DNA from: Sphyrna mokarran | Lineage: Eukaryota | Assembly: GCA_024679065.1 (NCBI GenBank) | Contig: JAGIQG010000005.1 | Location: 44,516,001 to 44,580,000, forward strand | DNA length: 64,000 bases | Direction of reading: 5' to 3' | Part shown: positions 48,650 to 62,329 of the stretch, one piece after another | How positions within the stretch are numbered: the first letter of the stretch is position 1 | Layout of the letters: every line of letters starts with the position of its first letter | The notes under the pieces: generated by a model | Told to the model about the DNA's origin: nothing | The model's input: only the letters and a program-made list of their open reading frames with translations | The model's database searches: none | Position numbers and translations under genes: made by a program

Positions 48650-49290
48650 GCCATTCATGGCAACTCACCATCTCTGCACAGGCTGTCAACTTCCAAAAGC
48701 CCAACTGAACCACCAGGACAGATATCACGCCTAAAAGAGCAGGTCAAAGGCTGGAAATTCTGCAGCAAATAGCTCAATTCCTGATTCCCCAAAAGCTGCT
48801 CACCATCTACAAGGCACAAATCAGGAGTGTGACGGAATGCTCTCCACTTGCCTGGATGAGTGCAGTTCCAACAATAAACGCTCAAGAGACTCAACACCAT
48901 CCAGAACAAAGTAGCCCAATGGACAGCCACCCCATCCATTGCCTTCATTCCCTCTAACACTGCGATTAGTGGCAGCACTATATACCATATACAAGATGCA
49001 CTGCAAAAACTCACCAAGGTACATTTGACAGTAGAATCCAAATCCTAGAATGACAGGGGCAGCAGGCATATGGGGATACACCACTTCCAAGTTCTCTCTA
49101 ACCACATATTATCCTAATTTGGAACTATATTTTTGTACCTTCACTGTCACTGGAGGGAAAATCCTGGCACTTCCTCCCCAACAAGGCTTTGCGTGCCCCA
49201 TATGGACTGCTGCTTACCACCACCTTCCAGAAGAATGGATAACAAATACTGGCCTTGCCAGAACGCTCACATCACAGGGAAGAAACAAAA
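48650..49290 (+). mobile_element. LINE 3' remnant (CR1/L2-group, family A-type tail)
   Basis: CACCATCTACAAGGCACAAATCAGGAGTGTGA...CTCAACACCATCCAG...ACAAGATGCACTGC; a reverse-strand copy lies at 53355-53900. Confidence 0.65.
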
Positions 49291-50536
49291 AGTTTTATGT
49301 GGAGGATGCGGAAATATTTCTGAGCAAAGTGCTTCATTCTCAATTTTTCTCATATACTTATGACATTCGATTCAATTTCACGCAGCTGCAGCCATGCACG
49401 TGAGGAAGTCTGCTGCTGTTAAGTTTTAAATAATCCAGATTGCACCTGTGTTTATGTAAGCATCAACAAGAGCCGAACTGTATAATTTTGAACAATTTGA
49501 CGATGTTTTTCACTGTCTAGTAAATGATTGGTAACTCTAAAAATCTATTGAATCTCCCTTGGTGATTATGAAATGCGGCAGTAAACACAAATCTGATCAA
49601 ATAAATGGGTGAATTCAACTTCTATCACAAGAAAATATATTTTCAACATTTTGAAAAATTCTCTGGTTGTTTGGAATTTTCCCTATTCCACTTGGGTAAT
49701 TCTTTTTTCAGGCAGTATTTCTTCTAATGTAATTTCTGGAAATCCCCAACCCAATTCTACTGCAACACAGATTTGCTTTCAGATGAATGTTCATCCAGTC
49801 ACTGTTCAATATTGGAGCAGAATTATAATATGCACAAGGCAGGCTTTTTGCTCCGTGAAGTTTGTGTCACTACTTATCTCCAAATGAACCAATAGGTCCA
49901 ACCCAACTTTAGTGTTCACTTACCAAGCTTTTCAATATTTTTCTGTTTTTTTTAGAAAATTCAGTTATGGATTCTGGCAATATTTCCATATTCAGTAAAA
50001 ATGTTCAAATGTAAGGACAGTAAGCCAATAACTATAAAACTTTAAACTGTCAAATCATAAAATTAGCAAGATATTAAAAATAGGATGAGAGAAAACATCG
50101 AACATACTGGTTCCAAAGTTTAAGGAGTTTTGCATTTACATGTGGAAGTTCAATCAAAGAACGGAGACTATATCTATTTTAATATTTATCTCTCGTTCAC
50201 TGATTCTCTGTGTATAGTCACAAATACATTAGTGCAAAACATTGCCAGCGGCATTAGGGTTTTAACAGCAGATGGGCTAAGACGGAGACAGAAATGGGAA
50301 TAACATCACCAGTTTTTGCGACGGTTCATGTTGAGATCTTAATTCTCGATCAAATAAGATGTCAAGATGGCAAACAATTTGATTCAACCTAAGACAGTGA
50401 CCTGTGAGAAGGTGGAATAGGTGCAGAGTTTACGTCGGAGGGCCCAGACAGAATGGCTTTAGTCTTCAGAATTCACAATTCCCTCAGGACAGAATGTTAA
50501 ACAAGTGAGGTGGCAATGCAGCAGGTGGCAGAAGTG

Positions 50537-51002
50537 TTATCCTACAGGTACTTCGGTCCACCTTGTTGTCCAACAAGAGGCATCCACGCGATGGGTCGTG
50601 AGGGGGCTGTTCTTGGATTTTTCGAGAGTAGCCTATTGCTTCACGTCGTAAGTGAACACTTAAATTGGACCATTTGATGGGCAACATGACAGCTCAGTGG
50701 CTATCACTGTTGCTGTGCAGATACAGGGAATTGGGCCGGTATCTGGGGGAGTTTGCGCATTCTCCCCATGCTTGCGCGAGTTTTCTCCGGGTGCTCAGGT
50801 TTCTTCCCACACCCCAAAGATGTGCTCTTAGGCTGATTGGCAAAACAAATTGTCCCTAAATTGTCTCCCCAATTTGGTTTCAATGCAGATTTCCATAAAC
50901 ATAGACAAGGGTCATGGGTGAAAGTAGGAACGTTAAAATGGCGGCTCGGGCTCGTTGGGTCGAAGGGCCTGTTTCCTGTGCTGTGTTGTTCTTTTTTCTT
51001 TG
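50537..51002 (+). mobile_element. Composite retroposon: structured 5' module, HE1-like body and CR1 tail (second copy of 29793-30259)
   Basis: TTATCCTACAGGT...GCTTCACGTCGT...GGGCAACATGACAGCTCAGTG...GGGCTCGTTGGG.CGAAGGGC..TTGTTCTT is collinear with the minus-strand copy; inserted in an L2-like relic. Confidence 0.8.
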
Positions 51003-51724
51003 AGTGATATTGAGAGTGGTAGTGGAGAGGTACAGTTGGCATCATCAGCTTACACAATGAACTGGACGCCACAGCTTTGCCTGATGTAGCCATGAGGCAG
51101 CACAAGATGAGGAAGAGAAGAGAACCAAAAGTAGAAAGGTTTCGCAGTTCTAAAGTTTGAGGAAATAGCACACAGAAAATGAACCACAAGGTGAGTAGCT
51201 TGATTTGCTTTGAATTACAAAAGACATATCGGGCTCAATTTGACTGCGGACGTGAAATGAAATCAGGCTTCTTGTGTTATGCTCCAAAATATCAGGGTGG
51301 TGAGAAGTCAAGAACATCTACAGAATGATGATTGTGCACTTTGACATTTTTGGTCAGTATACAGTTGTAACTAAGAAAACCAGGACTCTGCTACATGTCT
51401 GAAAAACCTGCAATCTCTGCTGTTAAGTAACGCTAAGGATTTTAAAACAATAAAAAAAATCAATTTTATGGGTATTCAAACCATTTTTGGACAATTATGT
51501 AATTTACATTACTGGATATATAATAATGACAAACTAATACTTAGATTCTTAAAAACAGAGTCACAACCAATGTTTCCACTTAACAATCTGGACGTTACTC
51601 AGACACCACTCAAGTTGCCTCATTGAAAATTGTGTGTGTGGCTGTATAAAATTTAAAAGTAAGCACATTGAATTGAACAAGTAGCAAACGGCAAAAAAAT
51701 TAGAGGAACACAGACCATGATGCT

Positions 51725-51935
51725 ATCCTTATTCACAGAAACTCTGCAGTGCAGAAGAAATCATTCGGCTATCGAGTCTGCCCCGATAATAATCTCACCC
51801 AGGCCCGTTCCCCACTTAATTACGCTGCTAATCCCTCTAACCTATCACATCCCAGGTCACAAGGGTTAATTTAGTATGTCCAAATTAACCGAATTCGCAA
51901 ATCTTTTGGACTCGGGAAAGAAACTGGAGCACCAA
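51725..51935 (-). mobile_element. HE1-type SINE 3' part, degenerate
   Basis: CAGTGCAGAAGAA..CATTCGGC.ATCGAGTCTGC tail and AAACTGGAGCACC. Confidence 0.65.
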
Positions 51936-53354
51936 ACTCCTCTCCTCATTCCTGAGGCCTCCAATCCTCTTCATGCCACAGATTTATTCAACAGACCTTC
52001 AATTTCCCCAGATTTGCCAAGGCGCTTCTGATCCTACCAATATTATCCCTGCCATGCACCCTCCCCAGGGTCCTTCCAATCTTTCTTCGACACTGAGCTT
52101 TTTGACCTCCTCTCCCCATGGTGCTGAAGGTCAACCCACTGAACAGCCAGCTTTCAGTCTGGATGGCAGTGGTCAGAAAACAGGCAAAACAAGTTAACCA
52201 TATGTTAACAAAAACATATTATTCCAAAGATTCTGACCTCAAAGCAATTGATTTGTAGGTTAATAGTCTGGTTAAAACTTAAATGAGTGACAGTTACTGC
52301 CGTCTTTTCAAGCAATCAGCTGTTACTACATATAACATATGCCAACAGCAACTTGTATTCGCATGAAGCCTTTAATGTAGACAATGGCCAAGGTGCTTCC
52401 CAGAGATATAAGGGAAAAAAAAATTAAGCCTAAGGTGGGGTAACCAAACATTTGATGACAAGCATGAGTTTTACAGAGGGAGAAAGAGATAGAGTAGTTT
52501 AGGAGAAGGAAAAGAAGAGATAAAAGAGGTAGAAATATGAGGAAGGGCAAAGATACAGTAAGATGGACGAAGGCATTGGCAGTTTACATTTTGGTTCGTG
52601 GGACACATTCTTTTTCCTATAAGACCTTGCATTTTTGTGTAACCAAATGTATCCACTCACTGGCATCGACATGGGTAAATGCACATATCTTACCTGCTTC
52701 AAAAGATTGACAAACTTGGCCTACATTACATGTTCAATGATGTAGTGGGGCTTGAATCTACATTGATAGATATATTTAAGCAATCGTGTTGAAACGGTAT
52801 GACTACTACTCCATCAAGTGGTAGCTTTACACATATACTTAAGACCAGGAACTTTGAAGTTTATGTAATTGGCAATTTGACCAGCGAAACATATTTAGAA
52901 GTGATCTAAGGCCAGATGATGAACAAAATGCATTTTATTAGTTAATTGTTTAGGAATGGTTACCCCTTGAGCTACATAATGCTCACTTTTATTTTAAAAT
53001 AGATTTAACACTTACAATAATTCCAGTAGAGTTGTAAATCCTAATTGGACCTAAAGTTTGGTCTCAAAACATTTACTTTAGTATATTATATACTGCTAAA
53101 CATATCAGAGAATATTCCTGAATAAGAGTCTTACACTTCACCCATTGTGTCTGTGTAGTGTCTTTGATAAAACAATCTAATCAGTGACACTCCTCCATTC
53201 TTCCAAGAGCTCTGCAATATTTTTCTTTTCAATAATGTATGCAAATTTACTTTCGAATATGTTTCCACGATCCCATCAAACAGTGCATTCCCCAGATTGT
53301 AACAACTCTCTAAAAAATCTACATATTTTCTGACCATTAACACATTACTGTTTC

Positions 53355-53900
53355 CCAGCGTTGTGGCAAGGTCAGCATGCATTATCGATTCCCAAGGTGA
53401 TGCTGGTTTGCATATTTGAACCACTGCAGTCTGCGTGGAGTAGCTCTGTACAAAAGATGTTAGAGAGGGGGCTCCAGGATTTTTACTCAGCAACAGGGTT
53501 GAAGAAACTGCAATGTCATTTCAAGTCAGGATGGTTTGTGATTTGGAGGGTGGTATTCCCTCACCACTGTTGCTGTTCTTCTAGATGGTGAAGGTAACAG
53601 TTTTGTAACGTGCTGCTGAAGGTACCTCAGCATGTTGCTGGAGTGCATCTTGTAGATGCTATGCATTGCTGCCACTGTGTGCTGGTGGTCGAAGGAATTA
53701 TTGTTTAAGCTGTGGTTGGGTGGTGCAATCAAACAGGCTGTTTTGTCCTAGATGGTTTCAAGCTACTTGTATCTTTGTAGTTGCACTCATCCAGGCAAGT
53801 GGAGAATATTTCATCACACACCTGACTTGTGCCTTGTAAATGGCAAACTGGATTTGGGCATGCAGGAGGTGAATTACTTGCTGCAGAATTCCCAGCCTGT
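53355..53900 (-). mobile_element. LINE 3' remnant, same family as 48650-49290
   Basis: GAGTGCATCTTGTAGATG and GCACTCATCCAGGCAAGTGGAG...CCTGACTTGTGCCTTGTA. Confidence 0.65.
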
Positions 53901-55611
53901 GTTCAATAACCCTGAACTACTGAAAGAAAAGCCAAAAAAGCTGCAACCACTTCTGAGAACGCTGCCAGTCAACACCCAGAAAACAGCAACTTCTGCACTG
54001 TCTAAATCATTTACTTTCCTTCTGCGTCTCTAACAGCAGCACCCAATAGACCAATCATCTCTCGAAGGGTATTTTGAAATCACAGTTCTAGTGTTGGTTA
54101 ACCCCCAAAGGACAATACATCTCCCTGGTTATGCAAGGTGGTGCATAACATTGCATGAACAGGATACATAATACTCCTAGAAGCACTCCCTGCTTCAGTT
54201 CAATCCACCACCTGAATGATAAGTCTGTTTCTATGCAGAACTGAAACTTAGCTCTCTCAGCAGCTGCAGGAATCAAACTTTGCCATTTTTGTAGGCAGAA
54301 TAGCCACTGAGTTAAGGGTTAGTCACCACAACTCCTGTTATGAAAAGGCTCCATTTTTCAATGTTGTGCATCAAGAAAAGTCAGTAAAAATTGTGTGAGG
54401 CACTGAGGAGAATAGATGTTATATGTATTATTCAACAAATTAAGCTAACATCAATGCTTGTAATTATTTACCCTGAAAAATTTGTGAAAGGCCCCCTTCG
54501 TGAACCAATCACATAATTATTGAGAGTCTTGCTCCAGCACTTCAGAGGAAATTATGAATCTGCTCTGCTCTTGCCTATTGACATGTCAGTTAGATTGGGT
54601 TGAGAAATGAGGTTCACTTCTCTGAAGGACACTGGCAAACCATTTGTCTTTGTGTAACAACCTAGTAGCTGACATGGTCATTTTTTTTCTGGTGTCAGAC
54701 CACACATTCATTTTCCAGAATTGTGGGTGTACCTAGATTTCAGGGACTGCAGCTATCCAATAAGGCAGCTCACCACCACCTTTTCAAGGGCAACTGGAAT
54801 GAGTAAGAAATGCTGGCCAGCCAGCAATGGCCACATCCTATAAAAATTCATCTTAAAAATCAGTGTTTGATATGCAGTAGAACTGTCCCATAACAGGAGG
54901 TCTGTCCATTCCTCACTTCCTAATTCATTCTAGTTCTGCTGGGTATTCTTCTATTTCTTCATCTCTGTACGGCAGTGTCAAATACCCATCACTGTAAACA
55001 AGGAACCTAGGCCTCAACACAAAGCAGAAACTCTGGGTAAGTGTGCTAACATCATCTCAAGATCTTAACAACACAAAGAAACACATGAAAAGGATTAGAC
55101 TGTTCAGTTAGCTACATGCCATTTGGTAAGCCTCAGAATCTTTCAATTGTTTCATTCCCAAATGCATGCTGTTTTCCATACCACATTAACTTACCATTGC
55201 CAGTTCAGCTAATTCTATGACAAACCCTAACCTTTTCTGTTGTGTGCAGCATACTCTTTTAAGTGGTAGAGACCTTTGCATTTTTGACGCAGCTACTTAC
55301 TAGCAACTTAAAAGGGTCAACTTGTGCTTGATTTGTAATGGAAGTTGCAGCTTAGGGCATACATGGTGGAAAGGACGCTAGGGGCTTCTCTTGTTCCCAT
55401 TTTGATTGTTCATATGCAACAAAGCTTGTGAGCAATCTTATACGAGGACTCATTGCATGGAACCAGGATACTTTCCCCCAGTTCTAATTGCTTTCAAATA
55501 AAGTGTAGCAGTTATTAGACTCAGAGCAAAGTAACAAGATAACATAATGGTTATGATAAAAGAAGATAAATTCAAAGGTTAATTAAAATCCTACACAGCA
55601 AATTGTAAAAC

Positions 55612-55905
55612 TCAGAATCCCAACAGTGCAGAAAGAAGCCATTCTGTCATTTGAGTCTGCACCAATCCCTGAAGAGCATTTTCCCAGGCCTACCCACTCC
55701 AACAACCTCACATATCTATCATGGCTAATCCATTTAATGCATCTTTGGACACTAATGGGCAATTTAGCAAGGCTAATTCACCTAACCCTGTATATCTTTG
55801 GGCTATGAAAGGAAACTGAAGCATCCAGAATTATCCTATGCAGACAAAGGGAAAACATACAAACTTCACAGAGACAGTGACCTAAGGCTGGAATTGAACT
55901 GGGAT
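55612..55905 (-). mobile_element. HE1-type SINE
   Basis: AGAATCCCAACAGTGCAGAA tail, GGGCAATTTAGC...CACCTAACC and CAGTGACCTAAGGCTGGAATTGAAC. Confidence 0.8.
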
Positions 55906-56974
55906 TTTGCTTTTAAGATATAGCAATTTGTGGACTAACATTAGAAAATTACAAAGAAAGCTGAGAGCTTATTGCAAAGTCCAATCTAGCCTATTTGTGT
56001 GTTACTCCAGTCCACATTATGTGATAACTTTACTGTTCTTGGGATTAAACAAGGGATGGGGGTAATATATAGATACACATTACTAATGTTTCTACATCTT
56101 AATAACAAGAAGAAGTGAAATTCAACCTCAAATGCAGCTGCAAATCCACAATTCAATACTTCAATTTCAAAACCAATGAACTTGGTCATGGGAAGTTGAC
56201 AATTCTGAATGTATCCAAATTTGTTTCACTAGTGAGATTAGTCTTGGGAGGGAAAATCTTCATCTCATTAGTACTACAAGTTGAATTCATTCTACAGAAG
56301 TGAAAGGGCAGTGCTAACCCCATTGCACCACGTAAGTCTTTATTTTGGAGTACAAAGTTTCCACTAAAATATATGGTGCTCTTCCTCCACCCACACAAAA
56401 ACTCAGCTTGTCTATTCCCATTTGATTTTTTTCCCATCAGCTTAATGACGTACTTGCATTATAACAGAAACTAAGTTCATTTCCACAGCTGAATCATATT
56501 CAAATATATAAAATTTATGGGTTGACCTACATTACATTGGCCCTGGAGTTAAACAATGCAAGTCACTCTTAACTAGGCGTTGAGTTTTGAAACTCTAGCT
56601 TAATCTTGTGGGCAACTTTATTCTGGTTACTTTATTCAGCAATTCTTTAGTGAAACACTAAGAGCTTCCACGGGAATCCAAAGCACGTAGCTTGTGGTCT
56701 TGAAGTCGATCAATAACAATTCTATAGAAAAGCTACACAATTGAAACAATACCAATTCAGAGTAAACTTAAAAATAGCTGGGCTGAAAAAAAAGTTACCA
56801 CAAGTTGATACAACTCCCTACCCCACAACGTGCTTAGGAATACCATATTAGTAAATTAGCTAATTTTCATAATTATTAAGCACTATCTAAACAGGACACC
56901 TAAATAGAGACTTTAATTAGTCTTTCCAGATATATTTGTAGTCTTTCCAGATATACTTTAAACAAGAAGCTCAC

Positions 56975-57115
56975 CTTTCTGATCATATATAAATACAAGT
57001 ATAGGCTGATTCGGTCCAAAAGCACAAAAAGCTACCATGTGTTCATGAGGATGAAAAGCTACATCACGGACCGCTGATGTATAATTAAGGTCAGAATACA
57101 TGGCCACTTGATCAC
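56975..57115 (-). CDS. AHI1: AHI1 (jouberin) coding exon, last WD40 repeat
   Basis: Encodes (G)[46 protein letters not shown], closely matching my recall of human AHI1 [45 protein letters not shown]. Pyrimidine tract plus GGCAG acceptor; AAAG|GTGAG donor; 141 nt, phase 1 to 1. Confidence 0.95.
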
Positions 57116-57339
57116 CTGCCAAAAGGAAGAAAAAGAAAAAGCTGGAATCGTGATCAATACAGATAGCCAAAAACAATCAACTACACAGTCAATTAACAGA
57201 TGAGCCTCAAATCTTCAATCAAGTAGAATTAAAAGGGCTTGAAGAGGCAAACTAAATTTTAAATGTGGCTCTTTTCTGAAAAGTAATTTTGAAGTGACCC
57301 CATATTTAAAACACTGGTTGTGAATTCTACGGGTAATTT

Positions 57340-59640
57340 GAGGACTTGTTATTGAATGCATTAACTGGTACATATACTCATTCATTTGGCATCAGTCTGC
57401 TATCACAGTCACTCTGAGGTGAGTATTTCCTTAATCCTGAAATTGGGAAAGTATCCTGAGCAGTGTAGTTTTTACAGATCCATTTCCTTTTTGAATGTTG
57501 ATTTGAAAATTTTGTTTAATGTTTTGGCGATGCTCTTGGGAAAAATCCTTCCCATGATTATCCAGGATGATCAGACTGGAATTACTTAAGGGTTGGAATT
57601 CAGCGATGTTAGGAGATTGCTAAATATTATTAAAGTTTTCCAAAAACGTGTTTTGGGTAGATTAATGATCTTCCAGAATGCCAAAAAGTCTTTGATAGGG
57701 TAGAATGGAATTATTCGTTTTGTATGGTGCATAAATTTGGTTTGAAGGGGACTTTGTGAAGTTGATTCAAGCACTCTATATAACCCAATGGTGACGGTCC
57801 TTACAAATGTAGAATTTTGGTCTTTAGAGAGGAACTCTGAAGGGATGTCAATCACCTCTTTATTGCTCTAGCTTTTTGGCTGAGACCACAAGATATGATC
57901 CTCAGGTTTATGTTGTCCAGTAGAGACCACCAAATTTTGCTTTACGCATTTGGTGTTTCTGTCTGTTTCTGAGCCGAGTGTAATCTGTTTCTACTATTAT
58001 TGATATGGAGGTTAGATTTAGTATTTTTTCAGGATTGGCGTGGTGGCGATGTGGATTGCTGCCTCACTGCTCCAGGGACCCAAATTCAATTCTGGCCTTG
58101 GATGACTATGTATGTGAAGTTTGCACATTCTCCGTGTCTATGTGAGTTCCTTTGGTTGCTACAGTGTCGCTCCTACAGTCCAAAAATATGCAGGTTAAGT
58201 GGATCGGCTAGAGTGCCAAACATTATGTTAACTTTCCATCTTAGACAAATGCATTAGGGGAAACCCCTTCTCCATGTGGTTGAACGTTGAAGCTGATCAG
58301 TTTTTGTATTCCTTGTAGTCAAATTATTGTTTAGGGATTCTAAAGCATTGCTGTACAAATGTAATAATCCTATCATGATTTTCACTCTAAAGGTTTGGAA
58401 GATGGTCCATGGAGAGCAAAGCTAATTCAATTTCCCCTCTTTCTCCTATTCAGGGTAATCTGGATTTCCCACCACATTTTGGACCATGGCTTTGGTATCC
58501 AGAGGGATAGAAGTCTCTATAGATTAGGGGATGGGCTTGATGCTATTACCCTGTTTAACTGTTGACACAAGTGCTCAAAAGATAATATTCCAAAACACTT
58601 CCTCTTCAGACATTTGCAAATTAGGGACTCTGACCTTAATAAGGCAACTCTTCCTTCCAATGCTAAGATTTTCCTAATGGAAAAAATTCCACTAGCTGTG
58701 GAGTCCAGGTCTTTAGTTAGTAAATCTTATAACACTCTATGCGCTAAATCTTGTGATAATGCATTGGATATGCTGAGATCTTGAGAGAGAGACATCATAT
58801 AGTAGCTAACAATGAGGAGAAATGTGGTGATATTTGGGAGTGGCTAATAAAATTTCAGCTTGTAATAGAACAAAAGAAACTCAGCTTAAGATACTGCTTC
58901 ATTTGTATATTACTCCAGGCTTGCAACACAGGTTTAAATCTGCTCTATCTTCATGTCAGGAGTGCAAGGTGGATGTGGAGGGGCTTACTTGCATCGTTTT
59001 TGGTCCTATGTCAAGTTTAAAGCCTATTGGTTTAATTTTCTTAAAGGGCTTGAGATAATCTTTGATACAGCCCGAGAGTGCCATCCCTTGCATCTGATAC
59101 TAGATCTCCCAGACAAAAAGATCAGCAATGTGAATGGGAAAAGGCTGTGCAGTATCCTTTGCTTACAGATTACTGATAAGCCTCCCTCAATTCAGAATTG
59201 GCATACAATCATTCTGGAATTTATACCAACAGAACTTTTGACATGTTCAATTTGAACTGAATAGGACAAATTCCTTGAAGAGTGGGATCCTTATCTTAAA
59301 TTTCTGGGTTCTGCATCATTTAGTTTAACCCTACAAGATTTTCCATAAGTCTTGTAGCTCTATTACCATTATATTGTGAACTTGGTAGGTTCCAATGAGC
59401 CAATTGGGGCGGTATCCTGTTATTCCTCCCTTCTTTTGATATACCCTTTTATTACATGTGTGGTGTGAGGCATTGGATACAACAAATAATCCAAGACAAC
59501 TACGTTTGTCATTTTCTTTTTTCTCACTCGTCTTTTTGTTTGAAAATGATTCTGCTGTACTCTGCCAATCTTCGGGAATTTGTTGTGTTTTTGTACAAAA
59601 TGAAAAAAACCTTCAAAATATATTCAATGAAAAGAAATGA
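57340..59640 (+). mobile_element. Highly decayed L1-clade LINE (ORF2 RT to 3' end)
   Basis: ISLILKLGKYPEQCSFYRSISFLNVDLKILFNVLA...IIQDDQTG resembles the L1 YRPISLLNxDxKIL..LA...DQTGF motif; T-rich 3' UTR and A-rich end near 59600-59640. Confidence 0.7.
58035..58210 (+). mobile_element. HE1-type SINE head/V-domain inserted in the L1 relic
   Basis: TGCTGCCTCAC..CCAGGGACC..TTCAATTCTGGCCTTGG..GTTTGCACATTCTCC. Confidence 0.8.
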
Positions 59641-60786
59641 AACACATGAATTATAATCTTTTTTCTGTTCAAATCCTTGTTATGCCTTAATTGAATGCCC
59701 AGGCCATCCAATTTTATTGCTGATATTTACACTAGATTTATACAATTGGATGGTTACAAAGTCACTTCAGGAGGGCAGCTAAGAGTCAGTCATGTTGGTC
59801 ACTTAGAGGCCAAACTATACTGGTGCACAATAACAGAATCACAGAATACTACAGTGCAGAAGAGGCCCTTTGGCCCATCGAGTCTGCACCAACATAATTT
59901 TCAATGCTTCAATTAGGTTGTCCCTTAGTCTTCTCTGCTCCAATGTAAACATCTCAAGCCTATCCAACCTCTCTTCATTATTTAACAGCATAGTTATGTT
60001 ATTAGTCTAGTAATCAAGAGGACTGAGCTAAAGACCAGTGACATGAGTTTAAACCTCAACACAGCAGTTGCATAATTCAGTGTTATTAAAATCTGGAATA
60101 AATGCTAATATTAGCAATGGTGACCGGATTGTTGTAAAAATCCACCTGGTTCACTAGTATCATTAATGGGAACAAAATCTGTAAAAAAAAAAAATCTGTG
60201 ATTCTAGTGAATCTTTGATTCACTGTAAGCAATGCCGACAGAAGATATCCATTTGGCTTTGTACAGGGCAGGTCATGTCTTAGTAACTTGACTGATTTTC
60301 TTCAAACGATCAATAAGGGCAGAGCAGTTTTTGTTGTCCACATGGATTTTAGTCAGGCTTTTGACAAGACTCCTCATAGTAGACTGTAATCCAGAAGATT
60401 AAGATGCATGGGACCAATGGTGACTTGGCCACTTGGATTCAGAATTGGCTGTCCACAGAAGTCAGAGAGTTGTGGTGGAGGGTGTTTTTCTAGCTGGAGG
60501 TCTGCGAATAGGGGTATTCCACAGGAATTTGTACTGGGACCTCTTGCTGTTTGTTTGGAATGAAAACGTAGATGGCTGGGTTATTAAGTTTGCAGATGAC
60601 ACAAGAATAGGTGGAGTTGTGGATAGTGTAGTAGGTTGTCAAAGGATACAGTGGGATATTGATCAGTTGCTGATCTGGGTGGAGAAACGGCAGGTGAAGT
60701 TTAATCTGGGCACGGGCAAGATGTTGCACTTTGCAAGATCAATTGTCAAGGGTAAGTACACATTTAATGCAGGACTCTAAACAGAG

Positions 60787-61090
60787 GAAGCATGGTGGCA
60801 CAGTGATTAGCACTGCTGTCTCTCAGCACCAGGGACCTAAGTGCAATTCCCAGCTTGGGTCACTGTCTATGCAGTGTCTGCACACTCTCCCAGTGTCTAC
60901 ATGGGTTTCCTTCAGGTGCTTCAGTTTCCCCACACAGTGTGAAAGATGTGCTGGATAGGTGCATCAGCCATGCTAAATTCTCCCTCAATGTACCCGATCA
61001 GACACCAGAGTTTGATGATTAGAGGATTTTCACAGTCACTTTATTACAGTATTAATATAAGCCTCCTTGTGACACTAATCAATAAAATAA
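60787..61090 (+). mobile_element. HE1-like SINE with a non-CR1 tail
   Basis: GCATGGTGGCACAGTGATTAGCACTGCTG head; ends TAAGCCTCCTTGTGACACTAATCAATAAAATAA. Confidence 0.75.
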
Positions 61091-61489
61091 GACATCATGG
61101 GGTTCAGGTCCACAGCTGCCTGAAACTGGCCACAAAAATAGATAGATTGGTAAAGGAGGCATATGGCATGCTTGCTTTTAACTGGACAGGGCATTGAGGA
61201 CAAATGTCAGGATACAGATTTAATTAGGCTGCACTTAGAATATTGTATTCAAGCCTGGTCACTATATTACAGGAGGGATGCGGAGACTTGAGAGATTTCC
61301 AGGATATTGCCTGGATTATGAGTTATAAAAAGAGGCTGGACAAACTAGGATTGTTTCCTCTGGAGCAGTGGAGGCTGAGGGGAAACCTGATTGAAGTCTA
61401 TAAAATTACAAATGGTATAGATGGGGTTGAGTCAGAATTTTCTTCCCCCCCCAGAGTTGAAATGTCTAATACTAGGGGGCATGCACTTA

Positions 61490-61895
61490 AAGAACATAAG
61501 AAATAGGAACAGAAGTAGGCCATCTAACCTTCAAGCCTGCCCCGCCATTCAATAAGATCATGGCTGATCTGAAGTGGGTCAGTTTCACTTTCTCGCTTTC
61601 TCCCCAGAACCCTAAATTCCCTTGTCTATCAGAAACCTATCTACCCTTGACTTAAATATATTTAGTGAAGTAGCCTCCACCTCTTCAACAGGCAGAGAAT
61701 TCCAGATACTCACCACCCTTTGAGTGAAGAAGTTCCTCTTCAACTCTGATCTAAACTGCCCCTCCACCTCCTTATTTTGAGGCTGTGCCCTCTAGTTCTG
61801 CTATCCTTTCTAAGCGGGAAGAATCTCTCTACCTCTATCCTATCTAGCCCCATTCATTATCTTTAAGTCTCTATCAGATCCCCCCTAAGCCTTCT
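61490..61895 (-). mobile_element. CR1 3' fragment nested in the opposite-strand CR1
   Basis: AAGAACATAAGAAATAGGAACAG...CCATTCAATAAGATCATGGCTGATC, same subfamily as 26286. Confidence 0.85.
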
Positions 61896-62329
61896 AAAAA
61901 GAGAGGAGTAAAGTTCAAAGGAGATGTGAGGAGCAGATTTTTCTTTTTACACAGAGTGGTAGGCATCTGGAACGCGCTGCCGTCGATGGTACAAGAGACA
62001 AATACAAAAGGGCCATTTAAGGGGCTTTTACATAAGCATATGAATATGCAAGGAATAGAGAGTTATGGACCAAGGGCAGGCAGAAGGGATTAGTTAAATT
62101 TGGCATTATGTTTGACAGAAAATTGTGGGCCGAAGAGCTTGTTCTTGTGCTGTGTTGTTCTATATTCTATTTCCAGGTAAGAAAGAGAGAATAAACATTC
62201 TCAGTTTCAATTTCTCTGACTTGGAGCTTTTACCATGTTTTATGGTTGTAGTTCCCCAATTCTAGTAATTGTATAATATAAAATGATCTATTTTTGGTAA
62301 CGGTTTATTTTGTTCTTTGATTGACAGTA

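Larger units (their letters stand above)
60255..62170 (+). mobile_element. Old CR1 LINE with two nested insertions
   Basis: KFADDTRIGGVVDS and LRGNLIEVYKI motifs, GGGCCGAAG...TGTTCTATATTCTAT tail; interrupted at 60787-61090 and 61490-61895. Confidence 0.85.

Noticed and set aside
50570-50660. HDV/CPEB3-like ribozyme suggested by TTCACGTCG and a long hairpin
   Set aside because: I could not find consistent P1/P1.1 pairing by eye; kept only as an unknown structured module.
56918-56955. 17-bp direct repeat TAGTCTTTCCAGATATA next to an AHI1 donor
   Set aside because: A simple two-copy local tandem duplication with no sign of function.
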